Source: Bixzunavirus cane17 (lineage: Duplodnaviria > Heunggongvirae > Uroviricota > Caudoviricetes). From it: a DNA stretch of 64,000 nt. Within the stretch, counting starts at the first letter, position 1. Each line of letters begins with the position of its first letter. Shown here piece by piece: positions 1-8,403 of the stretch. Location: IMG/VR virus record IMGVR_UViG_2974759174_000001; one strand, given 5' to 3'. The position numbers and the translations under genes were made by a program. Below the pieces are notes generated by a model that was not told the DNA's origin, made no database searches, and was given only the letters and a program-made list of their open reading frames with translations.

Positions 1-14
1 GAGGAGCACGAGCT

Positions 15-269
15 GTGACCCACGAGCCGGTCCGCGTCGAGATCCCGAGCGAGCTGCTGCCCCTGATACACCTGGTGGCCGAGCATCATGGCGTCTCGCC
101 TCAGGCCATCGCTGTCGCCTGGATTACCTACGGCGCCGAGAACGCCTGCACCGAGGACGACATCAGGGACATGGCTGCCAAGCAGGGTGAGCGCATCCAT
201 GCCGGATTCCAGCGCTTCCTCAAAGATCACCTCGTCGGCAATCGCAAGAACCGGCTCGGCGGACGATGA
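15..269 (+). CDS. hypothetical protein (84 aa). GTG start. The frame is open to the window edge, so the gene may begin upstream.
   Basis: GAGGAG at 1-6 upstream of GTG 15; ATGA overlap with next gene; balanced composition unlike the overlapping Arg/Pro-rich frame. Confidence 0.5.
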   Translation: MTHEPVRVEIPSELLPLIHLVAEHHGVSPQAIAVAWITYGAENACTEDDIRDMAAKQGERIHAGFQRFLKDHLVGNRKNRLGGR

Positions 270-466
270 CCATGTCCTGTCAGCAGAAGGTCCAGATCGC
301 CTTCGCCATCGCTGTGTTGGCCCTCGTCATCGGCCTGATCGGGTGGGTGCACGAGACGTGCCTACAGGACGAGACAAATCAGAATCCTGGCGTGCAGCAC
401 ACCGACTACAATTGTCCTGTTGCCACACTGTCACACCCCTACACCCACACTGCAGGAGGACTATAG
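266..466 (+). CDS. small membrane protein (66 aa, one TM helix)
   Basis: hydrophobic stretch IAFAIAVLALVIGLIGWV; ATGA coupling to upstream gene. Confidence 0.5.
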   Translation: MTMSCQQKVQIAFAIAVLALVIGLIGWVHETCLQDETNQNPGVQHTDYNCPVATLSHPYTHTAGGL

Positions 467-469
467 GCT

Positions 470-2335
470 ATGAGTGTCAGGCCCACAGAAGAACTACAGC
501 CCCAGGATGTGCTCCACGAGCCGGTCCAGGGCGCCTTCGAAACCTCGCATTCGTCCTCACATCATCAGCAGATCGCCCTGGACGGGTTGATCTATCTGAG
601 CGAGGTGGGCTCGACCCTGCACGGGGTGAGCACCGATGCGACCAGCGACGATATCGACGAGATGGGCATCGCCATCGAGCCGCCCCGCTGCGTGATCGGC
701 TTCGAGCGCTTCGACCTCTACGAGTACCGGACCAAGCCGGTCAGCGTGCGCTCACAAGCAGGCGATATCGACCGGACCATCTACAGCCTGCGCAAGTACG
801 CCAAGCTGCTGGCCGACGGCAATCCGACCGTGCTCATGCCGATGTTCGCCCCGGCAGACAAGCTGCGCTATGTCCATCCGCTGGGCCAGGTCCTGCGTGA
901 GAACGTGGGGCACTTCCTGAGCAAGCAGACCGGTTGGCGCTTCCTGGGCTACCTCAATCGTCAGCGCTCTCGCTACCTGGACCCCGAGCGCGCCGACTCC
1001 ACCCACGGCGCCCGACCCGAGCTGATCGAGGCCTACGGCTGGGATTGCTACTTGGACGACACCGAGTTCCTCACCCGCCGGGGGTGGATGCTGGCTGATC
1101 AGGTGCAGGACGGCGAGGAGATCGCCACCATCAATCAGGTCACCGGGCGCATGGAGTTTCAGCACTTCACCGAGCGGGTGGACAAGCCCTACACCGGCCC
1201 CATGCTGGTGGGCAGCACCCAGTACAGCCAGTGGGTGGTGACGCCCAATCACCGCATGTGGGTGCAGAAGATGTCTCGCGGCGCGAACGGCAGGAATCCA
1301 CGTGCGTACAGCGTTGAGACCGCAGGGCTGCAGCACTTCCGGCGTGCCGACGAGGTGACCACCTTGGACTGGTACCAGCGGGTGGTTGCCGAGCCTGGCC
1401 AGGTCGAGTTTCCGGTCAGTGATGCGTATCTGGCGCTGGTGGGCGCGTACGTTTCCGAGGGGTACGTGTGCAAGCGTCGTCAGGACGGCACCGCCTCGGT
1501 GTTGCGTTTCGATCAGAAAGACGGTGGCAGGCTTCATGGGACCATGGCGCTCGTCGGCACCGAGTACGCCCTGCGTGCGTACCGCTACCCCGATCGCAGG
1601 CCGGTGACGACCTGGACCCTGGCCGACCGTGATGTCGCACAAGACCTCGACAAGTCCTGTGGTGTAGGTAGCGTCAATAAGCGGCTGCCATCGTGGGTGT
1701 TCGACTTGTCTGGCCGTCAGGCCGACGTGCTGCTGCAGCACCTACTCAACGGCGATGGCACGCTCTCTCCGCGTGGTTGGGTGTACTACACCCAGTCTCC
1801 TGGTTTGGCTGGTGACGTGCAGGCCTTGTCGATCCTGGCGGGACGACGGTCGATCATGCGTGGACCCTACGACCCGGCAGCCATGTACCAGATCTCGGTG
1901 CAGGAGCGAGGAGTCACGCACACCTCATTCCGTGGTCGAGATGTCGCCACCGAGCAGGTGGAGAATCGACGCATCGTGTGCTTCACCGTGCCCAACGAGA
2001 CGCTGGTGACGCGCAGGAACGGCAAGGTGGCCATGCACGGCAACACCAAGACCGGCTATCACGCGCTGCGCCTGGCCATCCAGGGCGCCGAGCTGATGAA
2101 GCATCGCACCATCACGCTGCCGATGGAGCCCGAGCGCCGAGAGTTCCTGCTCAACGTGCGCAATGGGCAGTTCACCAAGGACCAGGTGATCACGTGGCTG
2201 GAGAGCACCTTCGTCCCGCTGCTGGAGCACGAGATTGAGCAGTCCACGCTGCCCGAGCAGCCGGAGTGGCGCTACATCAACCATCTGCTGGTGCACCTGC
2301 ATCAGGAGTACTGGACCGACCACGGGTGGGTCTGA
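470..2335 (+). CDS. Pol-beta superfamily nucleotidyltransferase (RlaP/YcgL-like) interrupted by an intein; 621-aa precursor with an extein of about 288 aa
   Basis: N-extein motif LSEVGSTLHGVSTDATSDDID (GS...G.....SD.D NTase signature); intein starts CYLDDTEF, has two LAGLIDADG motifs (LALVGAYVSEGYV, LQHLLNGDGTLS), ends VAMHGN followed by T. Confidence 0.75.
   Translation: MSVRPTEELQPQDVLHEPVQGAFETSHSSSHHQQIALDGLIYLSEVGSTLHGVSTDATSDDIDEMGIAIEPPRCVIGFERFDLYEYRTKPVSVRSQAGDIDRTIYSLRKYAKLLADGNPTVLMPMFAPADKLRYVHPLGQVLRENVGHFLSKQTGWRFLGYLNRQRSRYLDPERADSTHGARPELIEAYGWDCYLDDTEFLTRRGWMLADQVQDGEEIATINQVTGRMEFQHFTERVDKPYTGPMLVGSTQYSQWVVTPNHRMWVQKMSRGANGRNPRAYSVETAGLQHFRRADEVTTLDWYQRVVAEPGQVEFPVSDAYLALVGAYVSEGYVCKRRQDGTASVLRFDQKDGGRLHGTMALVGTEYALRAYRYPDRRPVTTWTLADRDVAQDLDKSCGVGSVNKRLPSWVFDLSGRQADVLLQHLLNGDGTLSPRGWVYYTQSPGLAGDVQALSILAGRRSIMRGPYDPAAMYQISVQERGVTHTSFRGRDVATEQVENRRIVCFTVPNETLVTRRNGKVAMHGNTKTGYHALRLAIQGAELMKHRTITLPMEPERREFLLNVRNGQFTKDQVITWLESTFVPLLEHEIEQSTLPEQPEWRYINHLLVHLHQEYWTDHGWV
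1046..2044 (+). mobile_element. intein (333 aa) with LAGLIDADG homing-endonuclease domain inside the nucleotidyltransferase gene
   Basis: Cys1 at TGC 1046-1048; block B TPNHRMWV; C-terminal HGN then Thr+1; two LAGLIDADG-like motifs. Confidence 0.7.
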
Positions 2336-2344
2336 TGAAAGGAC

Positions 2345-2530
2345 ATGGAAATGGGTCTGTTCTGGATGGCTTCCGGCGTCGGCTTGGCGTTCTTCTTGGT
2401 GCTCTTGGGCCAAGGCGTTCAGTCCTGGCTGCGGTCAAGAGCCGCGCTGGCCAAGGCGCAGGCACTCAGGGAGCTGCGCGAGGCGGGGTATCCGGTGCCC
2501 GACGGAACGCAGTTCAACTTCCCCCTCTGA
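2345..2530 (+). CDS. small membrane protein (61 aa)
   Basis: AAAGGA upstream; TM segment LFWMASGVGLAFFLVLLGQGV. Confidence 0.45.
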   Translation: MEMGLFWMASGVGLAFFLVLLGQGVQSWLRSRAALAKAQALRELREAGYPVPDGTQFNFPL

Positions 2531-2624
2531 CCACCCGTGACGGCTGGACCGGCCCTGGTCCAGTACTGCATGAACCTGCGCCTGGCCGTGGCCCAGTCGC
2601 CTGCGAGGAAGGACTGACGCCAAC

Positions 2625-2834
2625 ATGAACCCGTTCGAGGTCTATGTCGCCATCGGCGCAATCATCGGCATCATCACCTGGACCGCCATACTCGTGCACG
2701 TGGCCCGTGAGGACGGCTTCGTCGAGACCATGCTCTTGGGCGTGATGCTCAACACGGTGGTCTCGGGGATGGTCGCCTTTGCGTGGCCGCTGTTCGCCTT
2801 CGGTGCCCTGATCTACTTGGGGGCGAACCGGTGA
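2625..2834 (+). CDS. small membrane protein (69 aa, 2 TM)
   Basis: two hydrophobic helices; AGGAAGGA upstream. Confidence 0.5.
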   Translation: MNPFEVYVAIGAIIGIITWTAILVHVAREDGFVETMLLGVMLNTVVSGMVAFAWPLFAFGALIYLGANR

Positions 2835-2926
2835 GCCCGTTCGACACCCTGTGCGTGGCGGTGCTGGTCTTCGGCGTGCTGGTGCAGACCATGCACGCGC
2901 TGGGGAGATGGATGATGAAGCGATGA
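2831..2926 (+). CDS. possible 31-aa membrane micropeptide (VSPFDTLCVAVLVFGVLVQTMHALGRWMMKR)
   Basis: GTGA overlap with upstream stop and ATGA overlap with downstream start; too short for the ORF track. Confidence 0.25.
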   Translation: MSPFDTLCVAVLVFGVLVQTMHALGRWMMKR

Positions 2927-3222
2927 CCGACACCCTGCTGGCGCCGAACCTGGCCGACCTCGTCGACATGAAGTCCCAGCCTGCTTGCGAGTGCAAGAGC
3001 AGTCTCGCCGACGAGGACGAGTGGGAAGAGTGCCCGCACGCGGCCACCTGGTGTGCTGTCAGCAGGTGCTGTGCGCTGACCCTGCTGATATGTGACGACC
3101 ATCGACTCTGGTATCTGGACTACGTCGCGAAGATGTCGGTGCACCAGTCGTGGGTATTCATTTGCGGGCGGTGCCGGGCCGCGATGCAGGGCAATCCGTT
3201 CGCTAGCCTGGAGCGCCTGTGA
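2923..3222 (+). CDS. Cys-rich small protein (99 aa), possible zinc binder
   Basis: 9 Cys including CECK, CPH, CC, CGRC; start chosen at ATG 2923 by ATGA coupling, alternative GTG 2851. Confidence 0.5.
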   Translation: MTDTLLAPNLADLVDMKSQPACECKSSLADEDEWEECPHAATWCAVSRCCALTLLICDDHRLWYLDYVAKMSVHQSWVFICGRCRAAMQGNPFASLERL

Positions 3223-3425
3223 CCGCCGCGATCGTTGTCACCTATCTGGTGGGCATTGTGGCCATGGCCGCGATCGTCCTGGCCACCGGGATACTCGACG
3301 AGCCGGTCTATGCCGACATGAGCGAGCTCAGGAAGCTCTATGCCCTGACCTGCATAGTGCTGGGTTGGCCGTTGATCATCATGGCCGCGCTGGCCCTGAC
3401 GCTGCTCTACTTGCTCAAACGCTGA
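3219..3425 (+). CDS. membrane protein (68 aa, 2 TM)
   Basis: GTGA overlap; hydrophobic helices. Confidence 0.5.
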   Translation: MTAAIVVTYLVGIVAMAAIVLATGILDEPVYADMSELRKLYALTCIVLGWPLIIMAALALTLLYLLKR

Positions 3426-3440
3426 AAACATCGAGCGCTC

Positions 3441-3513
3441 GGGAGTGAAATCCCCTGTAGATGCGCTATAGTAAGGTAGTCTGAACACGCACACACTCAC
3501 CAAGGGAGACCAT
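3441..3513 (+). promoter_or_regulatory. conserved intergenic promoter-leader element (variant box GGGAGTGAAATCCCC, -10 TATAGT, CA-rich leader, AAGGGAG RBS)
   Basis: member of the repeated element family; see findings. Confidence 0.5.
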
Positions 3514-4206
3514 ATGCCCAGACTCATCACGGACAAGCGCGGCGCCAAGCTGGCCCGCGAGATCCTCACCCAGATCGAGGCCGAAGTGGAGGCCCGACTG
3601 GTACGCGAGTCGTCTACTTCTACTGAAGGCCCGGTGTGGAACCAGAGCGTGTGGGTCATGGTCGACCTCGACCTGCTTCCTCCGCGTTCATCGGTCGAGC
3701 TGATCGATCCCGCCACGATCACCGCCCGTCGATCGCTTGACTATGTTCCGAACGGGCACGCCGTTCGGTCAGGCTTGGCGGCGGCGATCGACAGCGGGGT
3801 CGGTCCCTCCTGCGGCACGGCCCTGTGCTTTGCCGGGCATGCCTCGATCATGGCAGGCGACCGGTACCTCATCCCGGTGAGACCGGAGGTCGCCCAGAAG
3901 CTCAGGACCGGAAGGGTCCGGCGCAGTCTGCGGCACTTCGTGAACAACTATCGGCACAAGCTGCCTCCCTCCCTCTCCGACATCCTCGGTTCGACAGTGA
4001 TCACGCCGGACAACGAGGTGACGACGGTCGAGATCCGCGCGCGGGAACTGCTGGGCCTCACTGCAGGAGAGGCAGAAACGCTTTTCGCTGGCGGAAACAC
4101 CCTCTCCGACCTGCGCAGGTACGTGGAGATGATGGAGCGGGGCCAGAACCTGAGCACCGGCAAGCCGAAGCGAGGCGTGCGGCGGCGCACCTCGGGGGAG
4201 GACTGA
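3514..4206 (+). CDS. hypothetical protein (230 aa)
   Basis: long ORF with RBS AAGGGAG; high GC3. Confidence 0.7.
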   Translation: MPRLITDKRGAKLAREILTQIEAEVEARLVRESSTSTEGPVWNQSVWVMVDLDLLPPRSSVELIDPATITARRSLDYVPNGHAVRSGLAAAIDSGVGPSCGTALCFAGHASIMAGDRYLIPVRPEVAQKLRTGRVRRSLRHFVNNYRHKLPPSLSDILGSTVITPDNEVTTVEIRARELLGLTAGEAETLFAGGNTLSDLRRYVEMMERGQNLSTGKPKRGVRRRTSGED

Positions 4207-4373
4207 TGAACTGGCCAGCGGTCCTCGGTGTCCTGGCGGGAGCAGCGGGCATTGTCGCCTTCGTCTTGTTCATTATCAATCCGTTCCTGGAGGAACCCAA
4301 GAAGCGGCGGATGATGATCGTCGCGTTCGGCATCGGCGTGGTCTGTGCGGCGCTGGCCGCAGGCCTGTCATGA
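4206..4373 (+). CDS. small membrane protein (55 aa)
   Basis: TGATG overlap; MNWPAVLGVLAGAAGIVAFVLFII TM helix. Confidence 0.45.
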   Translation: MNWPAVLGVLAGAAGIVAFVLFIINPFLEEPKKRRMMIVAFGIGVVCAALAAGLS

Positions 4374-4389
4374 GGGGAGAGAGGGACGC

Positions 4390-4998
4390 ATGACCAACAC
4401 CATCACCCTGCACCAGGTCTCTGACGACGAGGTGGTGCGTCCGGCCACCGTCGACATCCGGCATATCCGCACCACCCGGTGGAACAAGCAGACCAAGCTC
4501 ACCGAGGTCGGGCTGGAGGCCGGGCTGCACAGCACCGCGCCCATCTGCGTGCTCGAACATCCTCGGCGCATCTCTCTGCTGATCAGGCGGGCCCACCAGG
4601 CCCAGGTTGTCAAGGAGAGCCTGAACAGGGTTGCGCGGACGCAGCCACAGTCAGGCGATACGCTGTTGCAGCGCAAGCTCAAGGAGGCCGTGACACAGGC
4701 TCAGGCGCCTCGTGACGACGCCGATCTGGCCAGCTATGAGGCCTACGCCCAGGACGTGGCCAACCAGCGCGCCGAGCGATCCGCGCGCAAGGCTGCCGCC
4801 GAGGAGCAGTGGAAGACCGATGTGAGCCAGCAGATCCGGGGCGTCATCGAGCGACTGGAGACCCTGCAGGCTGCGCGTCAGGTCGACGCCAACAACAACC
4901 GGGTCATCATGAGCACCATGAGCAACCTGCTGGCCGAGGTCAAGCAGACCAACGGCCTGCTCGCCGAGGTTGTCAAGCACCTGGCCAAGGAGGCCTGA
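4390..4998 (+). CDS. hypothetical coiled-coil protein (202 aa)
   Basis: RBS GGGAGAGAGGGACG before ATG 4390; C-terminal heptad-like region. Confidence 0.65.
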   Translation: MTNTITLHQVSDDEVVRPATVDIRHIRTTRWNKQTKLTEVGLEAGLHSTAPICVLEHPRRISLLIRRAHQAQVVKESLNRVARTQPQSGDTLLQRKLKEAVTQAQAPRDDADLASYEAYAQDVANQRAERSARKAAAEEQWKTDVSQQIRGVIERLETLQAARQVDANNNRVIMSTMSNLLAEVKQTNGLLAEVVKHLAKEA

Positions 4999-5318
4999 TG
5001 AACACCGCAGAGCGGTTTGTCACTCTCGACCGCGACGATGACGGCAAGAGTGTCCGCTTCGAGATGATCGAAGACGAGGACGGCGACGTCTTCTGGGCCT
5101 ACGGCCACGTGCCCAGCGAGTCCATGGTGGCCGAGGTCAACCGCTGGCTGACCCACTGCGAGCTGGAAGCCGACGTCCTGGCGCCCTCGTCGGCGACCGT
5201 CGACCACGTGTGGGCCCGGTTCACCGACAACGAGCGCTTCAGCCTGGAAGAGCCGATCGGCAAGGAGACCGACACCGAGCTGTTCCCCGTGACCCGTCTC
5301 TACTGGTTCGTGGCCTAG
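4998..5318 (+). CDS. hypothetical protein (106 aa)
   Basis: TGATG overlap; balanced composition. Confidence 0.6.
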   Translation: MNTAERFVTLDRDDDGKSVRFEMIEDEDGDVFWAYGHVPSESMVAEVNRWLTHCELEADVLAPSSATVDHVWARFTDNERFSLEEPIGKETDTELFPVTRLYWFVA

Positions 5319-5320
5319 CG

Positions 5321-5425
5321 ATGTCGCAGCCGAGCGAGACCCGCATCCCGCAGGTCCTCGGCTACGCCTGGGGCGAGGTGGACTCGGTGCTGCGCGGCTT
5401 CATCGACACCCTCAAGGGCGACTGA
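5321..5425 (+). CDS. possible small protein (34 aa)
   Basis: ATG right after upstream stop; weak RBS. Confidence 0.3.
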   Translation: MSQPSETRIPQVLGYAWGEVDSVLRGFIDTLKGD

Positions 5426-5460
5426 ATCCGACACGCCGATCGAGGAACAAGCCCGGGCGA

Positions 5461-5479
5461 CTGTAGGTTCACTACAGTA
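5461..5479. promoter_or_regulatory. inverted repeat ACTGTAG-gttca-CTACAGT abutting the start codon of the next gene (operator-like)
   Basis: perfect 7-bp arms seen directly. Confidence 0.4.
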
Positions 5480-5763
5480 TGACTATGAGCCTGGACTTGA
5501 ATTTTGTAGATCTGCCGGAGAAGAAGATGGGTGGCGAGCGCAACCGGTCGCGCATCCGTCTGGAGACTCTGGCCGACGCGCTTCGTGCGCAGCGCGGCAA
5601 GTGGGCCGAATGGCCCTGGCCGTCCTCGTCGCCGTATCAGACCGGCAATCACATCAACCAGGGCCGCTATGCCTCGCTGCCCAGCGAGGAGTTCCAGGCC
5701 ACGGTGCGCAACCGGGTGCTCTACGTACGTGCCCGCACCGAGGAAGAAATGAGGCAGCTGTGA
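5479..5763 (+). CDS. hypothetical protein (94 aa)
   Basis: ORF with high GC3 preceded by palindrome. Confidence 0.6.
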   Translation: MTMSLDLNFVDLPEKKMGGERNRSRIRLETLADALRAQRGKWAEWPWPSSSPYQTGNHINQGRYASLPSEEFQATVRNRVLYVRARTEEEMRQL

Positions 5764-5987
5764 TCAGACTCCTGCTCCGAGGCATCACCGTCGGCCTGTT
5801 CGGCATCGCGCTGGCCTTCAGCCTGCTCGCCATCTTTGCCGAGCTGACCGACTACAACCTGCCGCGTCCCGGCGGCTCGTCGTCCGGCATTGGCATCACG
5901 CGTAACGGCATCGGCATCGACATGGGCGGCGGCATCATGCTCGACCCGTCGTCCGGTCGGCTCACACCCGGGATTCCGCTGCCATGA
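5760..5987 (+). CDS. membrane protein (75 aa) with Gly-rich tail
   Basis: GTGA overlap; TM helix ITVGLFGIALAFSLLAIFA. Confidence 0.5.
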   Translation: MIRLLLRGITVGLFGIALAFSLLAIFAELTDYNLPRPGGSSSGIGITRNGIGIDMGGGIMLDPSSGRLTPGIPLP

Positions 5988-6012
5988 CCGCGTTGATCGC
6001 AGGCGGTGAGTG

Positions 6013-6156
6013 ATGGCCATGACCAATCCCCTGGTCGTCCCGATCCAGCGCGACTGCCCGCGCGCGGCCTGCGCGGCCATGGGCATCCAGTGCAAGGACC
6101 GCCGCGAGGGCCGGACGTGCGAGTCCGGCTACCAGCCGCCCGAGGAGGAGCCGTAG
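6013..6156 (+). CDS. possible small Cys-containing protein (47 aa)
   Basis: ATG after GTGAG; the competing 101-aa frame is Arg/Pro-rich and looks like an off-frame artefact. Confidence 0.25.
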   Translation: MAMTNPLVVPIQRDCPRAACAAMGIQCKDRREGRTCESGYQPPEEEP

Positions 6157-6290
6157 CCATGGACGCCGACGACCTCTGTCGCTTCCGCCGCCGCCGGACC
6201 GGGCATCACACCGCCTGGCAGTCCAGGCCGCACCGGGTCGACCCTCACCCGCAGACCGACGACAACACGCCTCAAGGCGAAATAAAACAG

Positions 6291-6378
6291 CCTGTAGTAC
6301 CGTTACAGTAGATGTAGTAAACTCCCAGGTATGGGAACACAAATCGCCCCACACACGCACACAGAAAGGCACACACAC
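6291..6378 (+). promoter_or_regulatory. AT-rich promoter-like region (CCTGTAGTACCGTTACAGTAGATGTAG, -10 TACAGT) with CA-rich leader
   Basis: local AT richness; the ACACACGCACACAGAAAGG leader resembles the element family. Confidence 0.4.
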
Positions 6379-6672
6379 ATGAAGAGCGCATTGGTGGCCG
6401 TCCTGGCCGCACCCGCACTGACCATCACCGGTCTGTTCTTCGTCGCACCGGCCAGCGCGAGCCCCAACTGGCAGAACGACGTCCTCTGTTCGTCCAACAT
6501 CGCCTACCGCAACGCACACAAGGCGCTGTGCACGGACATCTCCATCGGCAGCCACGGCGGCGGTGGTGGCTACCAGGAGCCCGAGGCAGAACCTGCCTCA
6601 GGCGGTGACACTGGCGGCGGTGACACTGGGGGCAGCACGGGCTCCGGAGGTGGAGGTGGGGACAGCGAGTAG
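6379..6672 (+). CDS. secreted Gly-rich protein (97 aa) with N-terminal signal peptide
   Basis: MKSALVAVLAAPALTITGLFFVAPASA then SPNW; start at ATG 6379 with RBS GAAAGG. Confidence 0.55.
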   Translation: MKSALVAVLAAPALTITGLFFVAPASASPNWQNDVLCSSNIAYRNAHKALCTDISIGSHGGGGGYQEPEAEPASGGDTGGGDTGGSTGSGGGGGDSE

Positions 6673-6751
6673 TTTGCTGTCCGCCCAGGGAGGCTGATTC
6701 CCTCCCTGGGTCCACATTCCCACCCACCTGCACAGAAGGAAACACGCCCAC

Positions 6752-7108
6752 ATGAAGAAAACCTTTGCTGCACTGGCCCTGGCCGCAGCCGCTGTCCTAT
6801 CTTCCGCCCCGATCGCCACCGCCGACGAGTACGTCCCGGGCTGCGAGCGCATCCGCTGGGGCTTCTTGGCCTCGGGCTACCGCACCATCTGCGACGGCCC
6901 GCGTCAGCCCGACGGCTCGTGGCTGCGCTGGCGCCGCGAGTGGACCCCGGCGGGCTACGTGCCCGGCTGGTGCTCGCGCTACTCCTGCTCGTCGGGCTAC
7001 TACCGCAGCGAGACCACCCAGCGCCAAGAGACCTACCCGGTCACCGACGCCACCGTGCTGCCCGGCGAACCTGGTTGGATTCCCCCTGGCACCATCCGCA
7101 TTCTCTGA
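6752..7108 (+). CDS. secreted Cys-containing protein (118 aa) with signal peptide
   Basis: MKKTFAALALAAAAVLSSAPIATA then DEY; RBS AGAAGGAAA. Confidence 0.65.
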   Translation: MKKTFAALALAAAAVLSSAPIATADEYVPGCERIRWGFLASGYRTICDGPRQPDGSWLRWRREWTPAGYVPGWCSRYSCSSGYYRSETTQRQETYPVTDATVLPGEPGWIPPGTIRIL

Positions 7109-7118
7109 GAGGCCGCAC

Positions 7119-7226
7119 ATGAACCGCCACGACCCCGAGCAGGACGAGCAGCAGTCCTCCGACGCCACCGCCTTCACCATCCCGCGCTGGGAGACCTTCA
7201 GCGTCGGCGAGGAGGACAGCAACTAG
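7119..7226 (+). CDS. small acidic protein (35 aa)
   Basis: RBS GAGAGG 6 nt upstream. Confidence 0.4.
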   Translation: MNRHDPEQDEQQSSDATAFTIPRWETFSVGEEDSN

Positions 7227-7426
7227 TGAGCTGGCATCTGACCCGCAGGGGCATCAAGCGCGTGCGCACCGGCTGGACCATCGTCGGCGAGGACCCGACT
7301 CCTGACGGTTACCGCGACCACCTGCTCTACAAGGGCATCTCGCGCTGGCAGGCCTTCAAGGCGGTGCGGGCCGCTCTCAAGGAGGACATGATCGTCACCA
7401 TCACCCCCTATCTCGTCACCAAGTAG
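7226..7426 (+). CDS. hypothetical protein (66 aa)
   Basis: GTG overlapping upstream TAG. Confidence 0.55.
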   Translation: MSWHLTRRGIKRVRTGWTIVGEDPTPDGYRDHLLYKGISRWQAFKAVRAALKEDMIVTITPYLVTK

Positions 7427-7458
7427 CTCCACCCCATCTCGACAGGAAAGAGATCCCC

Positions 7459-8403
7459 ATGGCAATGCTTGCCACTGTCGTACTGGCCCTGCTGGCCCTT
7501 GTCGTCATCGGAGCCGTCATCATCCTGCTGCTCACCAACGACAAGGACACCTGGGCCGGTTCGTTTCTCACCGCCGCTGGCGCCCTGGTGCTGTTCCTGA
7601 TCGTCGCCTTCTTCGCCACCTTCACCGTGGTCTCGACCCGCAACATCGGCGTGGTCACCACTTTCGGTCGCCCGGTCGGCACCCTGAGCAATGGCCCGCA
7701 CTTCGTCTGGCCCTGGCAGAGTGTCGAGGAGCTCGACGGCGCCATCCAGATCGACTGGCACAAGGACAACGATCCCAATGGGGACAACCATGACGGCGCG
7801 ATCGTGGTCCGTTTGGCCAACAACTCCAACGCTTGGGCCGACACCTCGGTGAGCTGGGAGATGAAGCAGGACAAGGCCGACGAGCTGTTCCTGCAGTACA
7901 AGACGTTCGACAACATCCGGACCAATCTGGTCACCCGCAACCTGCAGACCGCGATGAACGAGGTCTTCGCGACCTACAACCCGCTGGGTCAGATCAAGAC
8001 CGAGCAGACGCCCGAGGGTCCGAAGACCACCGTCGTGCCGGTGACCGAGTCGCAGCTGCCCACGCTGGCCACCCGGGTCCGCGACATCATGCAGAGCAAG
8101 GTCGGCGACTACGTCTCGATCAAGGAGGTCCAGATCCCCACGATCGCCTTCGACGGCAACACCCAGCAGCGCATCGACGAGCTCAACCAGCAGAAGGCCG
8201 CGACAGCGGTAGCCATCGAGAAGCAGGCCACGGCCAGCGCCGAGTCTCAGGCCAACGCCGAGATCGCCGCGTCGATCAACAAGGACCCCAACGTGCTGGT
8301 CAACAAGTGCCTCGACATCGTGCGCGAGAAGGGCGGCAACGTGCTGGGCTGCTGGCCGGGCACCAACGTCGTGCCGACCGTCCCGGCCAACCCGCAGGGA
8401 TGA
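7459..8403 (+). CDS. SPFH/band-7 (stomatin/prohibitin-like) membrane protein (314 aa)
   Basis: N-terminal TM helices then SPFH core STRNIGVVTTFGRPVGTLSNGPHFVWPWQSVEELD and a C-terminal coiled coil. Confidence 0.8.
   Translation: MAMLATVVLALLALVVIGAVIILLLTNDKDTWAGSFLTAAGALVLFLIVAFFATFTVVSTRNIGVVTTFGRPVGTLSNGPHFVWPWQSVEELDGAIQIDWHKDNDPNGDNHDGAIVVRLANNSNAWADTSVSWEMKQDKADELFLQYKTFDNIRTNLVTRNLQTAMNEVFATYNPLGQIKTEQTPEGPKTTVVPVTESQLPTLATRVRDIMQSKVGDYVSIKEVQIPTIAFDGNTQQRIDELNQQKAATAVAIEKQATASAESQANAEIAASINKDPNVLVNKCLDIVREKGGNVLGCWPGTNVVPTVPANPQG

Noticed and set aside
88-900. 270-aa + strand ORF overlapping the first genes
   Set aside because: Arg/Pro/Ala-rich off-frame product typical of high-GC DNA; overlaps better-supported genes in another frame.
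752-1741. 329-aa minus-strand ORF
   Set aside because: Antisense to the intein-containing nucleotidyltransferase; a compositional shadow.
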